Assembly (NCBI GenBank): GCA_030669595.1
Contig: DAOVDG010000001.1
Location: forward strand, 6,047-70,046
Length of the DNA: 64,000 nt
Reading direction: 5' to 3'
DNA from: Candidatus Thorarchaeota archaeon
GTDB lineage: Archaea; Asgardarchaeota; Thorarchaeia; Thorarchaeales; Thorarchaeaceae
Position numbers and translations under genes: made by a program. Positions 1 through 8,081 of this stretch are shown piece by piece. The notes under the pieces are model-generated. The model did no database searches, had not been told where the DNA came from, and worked only from the letters and a program-made list of their open reading frames with translations. Every line of letters starts with the position of its first letter. Positions within the stretch are counted from its first letter, which is position 1.

Positions 1-53
1 TCACGGATATACTTGACCATTGGGTGCTTCAGTATGGGTGGTGCTGTCGTCAT
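1..53 (-). CDS. 2-oxoacid:ferredoxin oxidoreductase beta subunit, N-terminal 17 codons only (gene runs off the window start)
   Basis: Reverse complement of 1..53 reads MTTAPPILKHPMVKYIR. Its ATG overlaps the alpha-subunit stop as ATGA, which is the usual alpha-beta arrangement. Confidence 0.35.
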   Translation of the reverse strand, partial: MTTAPPILKHPMVKYIR

Positions 54-1186
54 AGTGAGTCAATCTCCTTGATCTTGTCGAGTATCTCGTGGGGTAGTTG
101 TGGCATGCCCGCAGGCTTAGCCATCAGATGAATCGGTGTAGGCGCTGCTGCCGCCTTCACCATGTAGTATACCTGACCAAAATTCTGTTCAGCAACAATG
201 ATGTGCTTGACCTCTGAAGCAAGGTCTGCAAGGGCGTCTTCTGGGAATGGCCAGACTGTCTTGAGTCTGAGCATGCCCGCCTTTATGCCCGCTTCTCTAG
301 CTTCCTTGATTGCTTTCCGGGCACTCCTTGATGGTGTGCCATATGCAACAACCGCGATTTTGGCGTCGTCAAGCATGAATCTCTCTAGATCAATTATCTT
401 GTCAGCATTGTGGAGGATTTTGTTGTTTAATCGTGCGACCAACTCGAGCTGTACATCCTCCTTGTCCGTAGGATAGCCGCGCTCGTCGTGAGTCAAACCG
501 GTCGCATAGAATTGATACTTCGAGCCCAACAGTGCCATGGGTGGAATTAGGTCCTCATCTGGCTTGAATGGCAGGAAATCTGCTGGGTCGCCAGCAGCCA
601 GTTTCCTGTACTCGAGCTTCAAATCTTTCTCATCGGGAATGACCAGCCGCTCTCTCATATGGCCCACAGTTTCATCCGCAAGTACAAAGACTGGCACTCT
701 GTACCTCTCAGAGAGGTTGAATGCTTGGACTGTCTGGTCAAACATCTCCTGCACAGACGCTGGAGTCAAAGCTATAATCTGATAGTCACCGTGACTTCCC
801 CACTTGGCTTGCATAATATCGCCCTGCTGCCCTCGAGTTGGTTGACCTGTGCTAGGTCCTCCACGCATGATGTTGACAAGTACAAGCGGGGTTTCAGTCA
901 TCACTGCGAGTCCAATTGCCTCCAACATCAGACTGACACCAGGACCCGATGTGGCAGTCATGGATTTCACACCAGTCCAAGAGGCACCTATCACGCTAGT
1001 TATGGATGCGATCTCGTCCTCATATTGAACGAAGGAACCTCCGACCTGAGGCATCCTAAGGGCCATCCACTCTGCAATCTCGGTTGCCGGCGTAATGGGG
1101 TAGCCTCCAAAGTACTTGCACCCCGCGCTGAGAGCCCCTTCTGCGCTGGCAATGTCGCCCATGGTGAACATGATACGCTCAGGCAT
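50..1186 (-). CDS. 2-oxoacid (pyruvate/2-oxoglutarate):ferredoxin oxidoreductase alpha subunit
   Basis: The 378 aa translation has the layout of the POR/KOR alpha family (ADETVGH-like active region, GGYPITP near the N-terminus). It lies directly downstream of the ferredoxin-like delta subunit. Confidence 0.85.
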   Translation of the reverse strand: MPERIMFTMGDIASAEGALSAGCKYFGGYPITPATEIAEWMALRMPQVGGSFVQYEDEIASITSVIGASWTGVKSMTATSGPGVSLMLEAIGLAVMTETPLVLVNIMRGGPSTGQPTRGQQGDIMQAKWGSHGDYQIIALTPASVQEMFDQTVQAFNLSERYRVPVFVLADETVGHMRERLVIPDEKDLKLEYRKLAAGDPADFLPFKPDEDLIPPMALLGSKYQFYATGLTHDERGYPTDKEDVQLELVARLNNKILHNADKIIDLERFMLDDAKIAVVAYGTPSRSARKAIKEAREAGIKAGMLRLKTVWPFPEDALADLASEVKHIIVAEQNFGQVYYMVKAAAAPTPIHLMAKPAGMPQLPHEILDKIKEIDSL

Positions 1187-1612
1187 CTATTTGGTCGCCT
1201 CCTTCTTCTTGGTAGCTTCCTGGTCAAACTCGGGAATAACTGTGCCCTCCTCAATGGACCCGGCATCGTACGCCTTCCTTGCCTCACCCCTATCAGCAAG
1301 GAAGATGGCCATGTCAGGACAGATACGTTCACAGAACTCACAGTTGACGCAAGCGTCAATGTCGCACGCAGTCACAGGATAGTATCCCTTCCTATTGTAG
1401 GTGTCAGTGAAGCATAGTACGTTCTTCGGGCAGAACTCAACACATAGCCCACATTGCTTGCACTGTTCTTGGAGGATAACTAGAACCTTGTTTCTGGTTT
1501 GTGGAGGTTTCGGTGTTATTGGCTTGCGAACTGCTGACATCGTTGTATGCTCCATGCTGTCCAGTGACACGCTAGTTAGTCCTGTAAGCGGGTCGTAGGT
1601 TGACCAAGACAT
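1187..1612 (-). CDS. 2-oxoacid:ferredoxin oxidoreductase delta (2x[4Fe-4S] ferredoxin) subunit
   Basis: Two CxxCxxCxxxCP motifs (CKQCGLCVEFCP, CVNCEFCERICP). The stop abuts the alpha-subunit start. There is an N-terminal extension of about 60 aa. Confidence 0.75.
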   Translation of the reverse strand: MSWSTYDPLTGLTSVSLDSMEHTTMSAVRKPITPKPPQTRNKVLVILQEQCKQCGLCVEFCPKNVLCFTDTYNRKGYYPVTACDIDACVNCEFCERICPDMAIFLADRGEARKAYDAGSIEEGTVIPEFDQEATKKKEATK

Positions 1613-1799
1613 GTCCGAGCCAAGCTAAGGCTACCGCGTAACCTTGACCTATTTTAGCCTTGCCTTGTCGAAGTAAATCTCCTAACAGCTTTCTGTAGCA
1701 TCTAGATCCGCCCATCCATGATTCCCTCAATGATGCGAGCAGATTTTAAGAGCCCACATGCTCCACTGATTACTCGCAATTGGAGTGGAGCTATAGATC

Positions 1800-2261
1800 T
1801 TGCCTGATGATGATCTATCAGAGGAGGAACTGGCTAAGGCAGTCAAAGGCAAGACTTTGCAGGTATATTGGTACATGCTGAGGCATCTCACGCCGATGAC
1901 AGCCAGAGAGATTCAGAGGGGAACTCAGTTGTCCAGCCCGTCTCTTTCAATGCATCATCTTGAGCGACTGAAAAACCTAGGACTTATCGAGAAGAACGTG
2001 CATGGTGAGTATTCGCTTGTCCGAGACGTTCGCGTCGGAGTGCTCAGGTACTACATTGGCAAGGGCAGGCTCATGGTTCCCAGATTCCTGTTCTACGCGA
2101 CCTTCTACACATCGGTGACTGCAGCGCTGTTCACACTGCTATGGTGGTTCATCGATTGGTACTCCTCTGTACTGATCATACTCCTTGTTTCAGTGTGTGC
2201 AATTCTCTGGATGGAGGCAATTAGAACGTGGAGGGAGCAGCCTTTCGAGGAGGAGGAGTGA
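1800..2261 (+). CDS. membrane-anchored winged-helix transcriptional regulator (HTH N-terminus, 2 TM helices at C-terminus)
   Basis: The N-terminal 80 aa resemble a wHTH (MTAREIQRGTQLSSPSLSMHHLERLKNLGLIEK). The C-terminus has hydrophobic segments FLFYATFYTSVTAALFTLLWW and VLIILLVSVCAILWM followed by an acidic tail. TTG start. Confidence 0.5.
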   Translation: MPDDDLSEEELAKAVKGKTLQVYWYMLRHLTPMTAREIQRGTQLSSPSLSMHHLERLKNLGLIEKNVHGEYSLVRDVRVGVLRYYIGKGRLMVPRFLFYATFYTSVTAALFTLLWWFIDWYSSVLIILLVSVCAILWMEAIRTWREQPFEEEE

Positions 2262-3220
2262 TGGATTACATGACTAGAACTGATTGGTTTGGGGACATTG
2301 GGTACAGGCAATCCATAGCAGGGCTCACACTCAGAAAACCACACGTGCTCCTGCTCCTACTGATGCTAGTCAGTTCCTTGGCGCTGTCTGCTGTTTCAAT
2401 GATGGAACTCCATGACAATCAATGCGCACTGGCTCGTATAACAAACACCAGGGCAGAAATGCCCCCCACACTGAGTCTTACGTACTACACTCACTGGAAT
2501 TCAACTAAGGTTGATGTGAATTCTGGGGACCAACTCGAAGGTGACCACATAATCCTGAATGCCACGTGGAGCCCAAGCACCGAAATTAATCGAACAAGGA
2601 TTGAGGTTAATGCCACAGCAATTCCAACTGTGAAATACAGCGAGCAAAATGGCAACACGGTCGAGATTGATACACGGGCACTTGGCAGCAACTTCACATG
2701 TGTGATTAACTCAACGATTTGGCTTCATAATGGCACTACTCTGGCCGAGCTGGTTCCAAACGTGTTTCTGGGCAATTTCTTTGTGCCAGTGGTCGAAGTA
2801 GTTTCACCGAACGGGCACGAAGTGTGGACCGGCGCCAATAATATCACATGGAATGCTTGGGACCTCAACGAGAACGAAGAACTGACCTTCGAGGTATTGG
2901 TTTCCTCAGACTCTGGTGTAACCTTTCAGCTTCTGTCCACTGGCCTGACTGAAACTAGGTTCTTATGGGACTGCAGTACATTCCTAAATCTTAGCACCTA
3001 CGTAGTGGAAATCCGCGTCAGTGACGGCATCTTCTCTTCGCATGATGTTTCTGATGCACCCTTTAGAGCAGGAGAGATTGGACAACCCGATACAACGACA
3101 ACAACCTCAACAACAATGGAGGAGATTGACCCCCGAGTTATCATGTTTCTGGCAGTACTCATCATATCAAGTGGTTTCATCGCGTTTGTTGTGTACTATG
3201 CTTCCAAGAGCTGGGTATGA
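2228..3220 (+). CDS. N-glycosylated cell-surface protein (signal anchor, Thr-rich linker, C-terminal TM anchor)
   Basis: N-terminal hydrophobic segment and more than 10 NxS/T sequons. TTTTTSTT linker followed by VIMFLAVLIISSGFIAFVVYY at the C-terminus. This is the architecture of archaeal S-layer-like glycoproteins. Confidence 0.5.
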   Translation: MEGAAFRGGGVMDYMTRTDWFGDIGYRQSIAGLTLRKPHVLLLLLMLVSSLALSAVSMMELHDNQCALARITNTRAEMPPTLSLTYYTHWNSTKVDVNSGDQLEGDHIILNATWSPSTEINRTRIEVNATAIPTVKYSEQNGNTVEIDTRALGSNFTCVINSTIWLHNGTTLAELVPNVFLGNFFVPVVEVVSPNGHEVWTGANNITWNAWDLNENEELTFEVLVSSDSGVTFQLLSTGLTETRFLWDCSTFLNLSTYVVEIRVSDGIFSSHDVSDAPFRAGEIGQPDTTTTTSTTMEEIDPRVIMFLAVLIISSGFIAFVVYYASKSWV

Positions 3221-3248
3221 ATGAATTCCATTGCTATTAGATTCCGTT

Positions 3249-4145
3249 CTACTCTGGGATTTTGTCGAGCATAGGCTGGGTCTTGATCATATGCTGATGG
3301 AGGCCCAACTCCTCGAGCTCAAGTCCCATGGCCAGTCCCAGTAGTTGTGTGTAGTAAATCACGGGTATTTGGTATTTCTTCTCGCCAAGCTCCTTATTGA
3401 CCTGAGCTTGAGCGACTTCGAACTGCAGATGGCAGAACGAACAGACGTTCAAAACACAATCCACTCCAACGTCCATCATATTGTCCAGTTTCTCTACGGC
3501 GATATCATTGGAAACTGGCGCGTTGCTTCCGCGTACACCTCCGCCAGCTCCACAACACATGAACTTGTCCTTGTATGGTACGCTCTCAGCCCCAGTGAGT
3601 TCTACAAGTTCGTCTAGGAATGTATGCCTTTCAGTCTGTTTCCAGGGACGATTCTTACTGGGCTTTAGGAGATGACACCCGTAGTGCACTCCAACCTTCA
3701 AGCCGGTGAGTGGACGAGTAACCTTCTTCGTCAGTTCCTCAATCCCGATATCGTATATGACTTCTATCAGATGCTTTGCTTCTGCCTTTGCCTTGTACTT
3801 CAGGCCGAGACCCTTGAACACCTTCTGCACCTCTTTGAGCCTATCCGGATGCTCACGGACTTCGAGTAGGGCTTCCTTGAATGTTCCATAACATCCATTG
3901 CATCCAGTGATGATGTCATGTCCCGCTTTCTCAGCAAGTGCCAAATTCCTTGATGCTATAGCAAGCCACGTGGGCTCGCTGAACGAGCGAATGACACCCG
4001 GCGCAGGGCAGCAGCTTGCACCCTCTAGTTCCTCCAACTCTATTCCAATCTTCGGGAGCACGACCCTGATTGATTTTTCAATGTTCGGAAACCTATTGGG
4101 CATAACACACCCAAGGAAGAACGAGTACGTCTGAGCTTCTGTCAT
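3249..4145 (-). CDS. hdrB: heterodisulfide reductase subunit B (paralog 1)
   Basis: Two CCG domains (CCPAPG...CNGCYG and CCGAGGG...CSFCHLQ). Overlaps the upstream hdrC by 4 nt. Confidence 0.9.
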   Translation of the reverse strand: MTEAQTYSFFLGCVMPNRFPNIEKSIRVVLPKIGIELEELEGASCCPAPGVIRSFSEPTWLAIASRNLALAEKAGHDIITGCNGCYGTFKEALLEVREHPDRLKEVQKVFKGLGLKYKAKAEAKHLIEVIYDIGIEELTKKVTRPLTGLKVGVHYGCHLLKPSKNRPWKQTERHTFLDELVELTGAESVPYKDKFMCCGAGGGVRGSNAPVSNDIAVEKLDNMMDVGVDCVLNVCSFCHLQFEVAQAQVNKELGEKKYQIPVIYYTQLLGLAMGLELEELGLHQHMIKTQPMLDKIPE

Positions 4146-4654
4146 TTTTCAGCCTCTTGCTTTTCTATGAGATCCTTGAATCCAGTCCGCTCCATGATGG
4201 TCTTCAAGTCATCCAATGCATCCTTGTGCGAGTGTACTGTGGGCGGGACCTCATCCAGACCCAGACTCACGCGTTTCTCCCGGTTTGCAGTATTAATTGG
4301 AACTGCGTGGCCGGTCTCCAAAAGCTTCATTGATGCTCTCCGGTGTTCTGGGAGCATGAATCCCTTTTCCGCTGCCATGTTTCTCATTATGATTATCGCA
4401 TCAGTGACCTTGATTTGGCGTGGACAACGCTCCAGACAGGTATGGCAGGTCGCACAGAGCCACAGGTTGGGAGAGCTTAGCACTTCCTCCTTGAGTCCAA
4501 GTAACGCCTTTCTAATGAGCTCACGGGTTCTGAAGGCAGTTCGGCGTCCACTGGGGCATACACTTGAGCAGGTCCCACACTGAATGCAGGTTCTTATCCT
4601 ATCAGCCCCTGCTTTCACAATCTCATCGACAAAAGCGTGGTCGACCTTCTCCAA
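4142..4654 (-). CDS. hdrC: heterodisulfide reductase subunit C (paralog 1)
   Basis: Two 4Fe-4S motifs, CIQCGTCSSVCP and CATCHTCLERCP. HdrC-like length of 170 aa. Confidence 0.9.
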   Translation of the reverse strand: MEKVDHAFVDEIVKAGADRIRTCIQCGTCSSVCPSGRRTAFRTRELIRKALLGLKEEVLSSPNLWLCATCHTCLERCPRQIKVTDAIIIMRNMAAEKGFMLPEHRRASMKLLETGHAVPINTANREKRVSLGLDEVPPTVHSHKDALDDLKTIMERTGFKDLIEKQEAEK

Positions 4655-4760
4655 GTCTATGGTATCTCGAGAGATAGAATCTGGTATTCGAAGACCTCCA
4701 GTCGGAATTGTGCTATTCCCAAACTGAACAGGTCGTTATAAGCATTAAGAATGAAGGTTG

Positions 4761-5837
4761 TCAGTTGAAAGAGTACTTCGCATCGGAGAGAAGAGCAACA
4801 TTGCCCATCCTCACATTGGAAAGACCAGCATCCTTTGCTGTCTGAAGAGCAGCCTTAGCATGCTCTCTACTGGTGCGAGGCAGGTCTCGCATGACGTGGT
4901 GAGGGTGGAAGCCAAGAAGCGCAGTGGGAATTGTTGTGTCACTGTTCGCTATGAATTCGCACAGCTTACGCACTTCAGAAACCCCGACATATCCAGGAAC
5001 AAGAAGGATGCTAGCAACAAGGAGAACTCCTTCGCGTTCTCTCCCTTCAGAAGCCAATCTCTTGAAGTTCTTTAAGACAACCTTGTTGGAAATACCCGTA
5101 AGTGCAGTGTACAACTCCGGTGTGACAGCCTTTAGGTCGAACTTGATTGTGCCTCCGCTCTTCCTAACAACCTCTGTTATTCGTCCTAGCCACTTGCTTG
5201 AGATGTTACCATTTGTTTCATAGCACACTCGAATTCTTCTCTTTTCGTTGAGTATTCTTGAGGTTTCTATGGAGTGAGAGGGGTTACAGGCTGGGTCTCC
5301 TCCAAAATAGCAAACACAGGCTGTTCTCTCATCTGCAGAGGAGGCAAGCTCTTGAGGTGTCATCAACGGTGTACCCTTCACCATCATCTGTCGGAAGCTT
5401 GCGTTTTGGCAGAACAGGCAGTCAGAGTTGCAGGATCCGTAGAATACCGCGAGGTTGTTGAGCCGTTTCGAATCCACAATCAATGAGCTCCGCGTCACTG
5501 GACAGACCCAATCAGCAACACAATTGGTCGGAAGAGGATCGAAGTACCACGAAACAATGGCTTGTCCTGGGAACCGCTCCACAACTTCTCCATTCTCTAC
5601 GCCACGGAGATGACAGAAACCCAGCTTGCCCTCTTCGATTCTGCAGTGGTTCCCACAATCAGGGCAGACGATGTCCCCTGCGGTAGGGATTGCCTGGACG
5701 AGCTTATCGATTCTCCTGATTGTCTTGTGTGACTCTTGGGCTATTGTCGTTAGTGAACTGTCAGCCTCAAGGCACTCAGCACAGTATCCAATTGAATGTG
5801 ATACTAGTCTTGTATCGTGGTTTGGACAGAACATCAT
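4761..5837 (-). CDS. radical SAM protein (PflA/PflX-like activating-enzyme family) with Cys-rich N-terminal domain
   Basis: CNSDCLFCQN is a Cx3Cx2C radical SAM motif. The N-terminus carries CPNH...CAEC...CPDCGNHC. The gene sits between two divergent hdrCB pairs. Confidence 0.8.
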   Translation of the reverse strand: MMFCPNHDTRLVSHSIGYCAECLEADSSLTTIAQESHKTIRRIDKLVQAIPTAGDIVCPDCGNHCRIEEGKLGFCHLRGVENGEVVERFPGQAIVSWYFDPLPTNCVADWVCPVTRSSLIVDSKRLNNLAVFYGSCNSDCLFCQNASFRQMMVKGTPLMTPQELASSADERTACVCYFGGDPACNPSHSIETSRILNEKRRIRVCYETNGNISSKWLGRITEVVRKSGGTIKFDLKAVTPELYTALTGISNKVVLKNFKRLASEGREREGVLLVASILLVPGYVGVSEVRKLCEFIANSDTTIPTALLGFHPHHVMRDLPRTSREHAKAALQTAKDAGLSNVRMGNVALLSDAKYSFN

Positions 5838-5948
5838 TGCTTAGTATGGAGGTAACGTGAATGAGTCTTTGCCTTCATAGCCACGCTCGTTTGACAATGG
5901 ATTTAAGGCTATGATTCAAGCCTTCGCGCGCGCAGTCGGTGCGTTACA

Positions 5949-6554
5949 GTGACCACAACTGAAGAGAAACCTGCAATTGACATTGATGATGTTGATCTCG
6001 AGTTCATAGAGATAATCAAGAAGACCGGAGGTCCCAACATTCACAACTGCTACCAATGTGGAACGTGCAGCGGTAGCTGTCCCGCAGGCGCCCTTACGAA
6101 TTTCTTAGTGAGAAACACAATCAGAAAGGCCCTCTTGGGCCTCAAGGAGGAAGTCATCTCTTCACCAGATCTCTGGTACTGCACTACCTGCTACGCCTGC
6201 ACTGACAGGTGTCCTCAGGATGTCAAGCCAACTGATGTCATCAAGGCGATTCGCAATATCGCCGTTGCAGAGGGATACATGTTGGGGTCGCACCAGAAGG
6301 TGGCAGCCAAAGTAGTCGAAGCCGCACATGCCGTTCCCCTGGATAAGGAATCATGGCAGAATCTCAGGGTGAAAGTGGGTCTTGAACCAGTGCCGCCGAA
6401 TGCCAGTGGCAATCCATGGGCAGTCGATGAGATCAGGAAGATTACAAAGAAGAGCGGTTTTGAAAAGCTGATTGGTTACAGGGAGTTCGTGAAGGCTCAG
6501 AAAGAGAAGGCCAAGAAAAAGGCTGAAGAGAAGAAGGCCCAGAAAAAGGAGTGA
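5949..6554 (+). CDS. hdrC: heterodisulfide reductase subunit C (paralog 2) with Lys-rich C-terminal tail
   Basis: CYQCGTCSGSCP and CTTCYACTDRCP motifs. C-terminal KAQKEKAKKKAEEKKAQKKE tail. Confidence 0.9.
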   Translation: MTTTEEKPAIDIDDVDLEFIEIIKKTGGPNIHNCYQCGTCSGSCPAGALTNFLVRNTIRKALLGLKEEVISSPDLWYCTTCYACTDRCPQDVKPTDVIKAIRNIAVAEGYMLGSHQKVAAKVVEAAHAVPLDKESWQNLRVKVGLEPVPPNASGNPWAVDEIRKITKKSGFEKLIGYREFVKAQKEKAKKKAEEKKAQKKE

Positions 6555-6560
6555 TTCGGT

Positions 6561-7481
6561 TTGGCGAAGAAGCGACCTGCATTTTACCATTTCCTTGGCT
6601 GCGTCACACCCCATCGTTACCCCAGCGTTGAGCGGGCAACCAACCTAGTCTTCGAGGATCTTGACATGGATCTCCTCGACATGGTGGGGGCTACCTGTTG
6701 CCCCGCACCTGGAGTCTTTGGTTCATTTGACAGAGTCACCTGGGCTAGTATTGCGGCACGAAACCTCACGATAGCCGAACAGGGTGGTCATCCAATCACT
6801 ACTGGATGCAACGGCTGTTTCGCCAGTCTATTCGACTCAAACTACGAGCTGAAGCATGATGAAGAACTGAGAAAGGCAGTCAACGAGAATCTTGCCGAGA
6901 TTGGACGCGAGTTCAAAGGTAGCATTGAGGTCACCCACTACGTTGACGCGCTATTTGACACCGCAGGTCTTTCGAAGATCCGGAAACATGTCACTCATCC
7001 GTTGAAGGGCGTGCGGATGGCATTGCACCCGGGGTGCCACTGGCTCAGACCCAGCGCAATCAAGAAGAAAGACAATTCCGAGCGGCCTCACATATTTCGC
7101 GAATTGTGTGAAACTTCCGGTGCCACCTATGTTCCGTATAAGGATGAATTGATATGTTGCGGGGCTGGAGGTGCGGTGAGAACCGCGGACCTAGAGGTTT
7201 CCCTCCGTTTCACCAAGCAGAAATTCGAATCCATAATAGCTGCAGGGGGTGCTGATATGATAGTAACCCCATGCCCGTTCTGTCTACTACAGCTAGACCT
7301 TGGCCAAGTTGAGATTTCTAAACTCTTTGGGGTTGACTTCAACTTCGATATACTTCACGTTTCCGAACTTCTCGCTCTCGCATTCGGACACAGTCCCAAC
7401 GAATTCGGATTGGCAACGCATCTCCAATATCTGCAACGCAAGAGTCAGCCGAACTGGGGCCGGTTAGGTATTGAAACGTGA
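6561..7481 (+). CDS. hdrB: heterodisulfide reductase subunit B (paralog 2)
   Basis: CCG domains (CCPAPG...CNGCF and CCGAGGA...CPFCLLQ). Clearly paralogous to 3249..4145. Confidence 0.9.
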   Translation: MAKKRPAFYHFLGCVTPHRYPSVERATNLVFEDLDMDLLDMVGATCCPAPGVFGSFDRVTWASIAARNLTIAEQGGHPITTGCNGCFASLFDSNYELKHDEELRKAVNENLAEIGREFKGSIEVTHYVDALFDTAGLSKIRKHVTHPLKGVRMALHPGCHWLRPSAIKKKDNSERPHIFRELCETSGATYVPYKDELICCGAGGAVRTADLEVSLRFTKQKFESIIAAGGADMIVTPCPFCLLQLDLGQVEISKLFGVDFNFDILHVSELLALAFGHSPNEFGLATHLQYLQRKSQPNWGRLGIET

Positions 7482-7627
7482 TGGGCGAGGGAACAGCTCG
7501 CGGTCAGCCTTGACAGGTTACTGGTAGGCCTAGACGGTTAACGCGAACGTTCTTGCCCCCTCATCAGGGGGAATAGTGTCCTCTGTGTTGCCCATCTCCT
7601 TGGCCCACTTGCGACCCCCTCGACGGT

Positions 7628-7945
7628 TCAGTTCCTAACGAGTACGCGAACTTCTCTGCTAGACCCCTTAGATAGGACACACTCTTGAACAATGCGATCG
7701 TACACGAATTCCTCCCAGACTTCAGATGCGTTGGTCATCCAAGTACACAGGAACGCCAGATACATGTAATTCAGGTTCTTGCCAGACACACGGAATGGGG
7801 ACAGAGAGCCTGCGGATGTCAGAAGCCGTGTGTACAGTTCGTTGCTGCAGCATTTGTCGTGGCCATGTCCATGGTAGTAGAAGGCTTTCTCTTCCTCAAG
7901 TCTTTCTAGGATAGCCGCTCTGTTGACATCATCGGGAACGATCAT
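7628..7945 (-). CDS. hypothetical protein
   Basis: ORF only, with no recognisable motif apart from HGHGHDKCC. Co-directional with the upstream surface-protein gene. Confidence 0.25.
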   Translation of the reverse strand: MIVPDDVNRAAILERLEEEKAFYYHGHGHDKCCSNELYTRLLTSAGSLSPFRVSGKNLNYMYLAFLCTWMTNASEVWEEFVYDRIVQECVLSKGSSREVRVLVRN

Positions 7946-8081
7946 TATCGAAACGTATGGCGTTACCTCCGGTTCCGAGTCTGATTATCTGGTGGCATGT
8001 CACAGAGAACTCATTGTCCGACTTCTCGATGTGCTCGCACCTTGTGTTTCAGAAGTATTCATTGAGAATACCCATGAGTTG

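Noticed and set aside
198-1417. Multiple ORFs of 80-250 aa on the plus strand overlapping the KOR/POR alpha and delta genes
   Set aside because: They are antisense to strongly supported minus-strand genes, have Ser/Arg-rich low-complexity translations and carry no motifs. The same reasoning applies to the antisense ORFs inside the hdrA, acl, acn and surface-protein genes.
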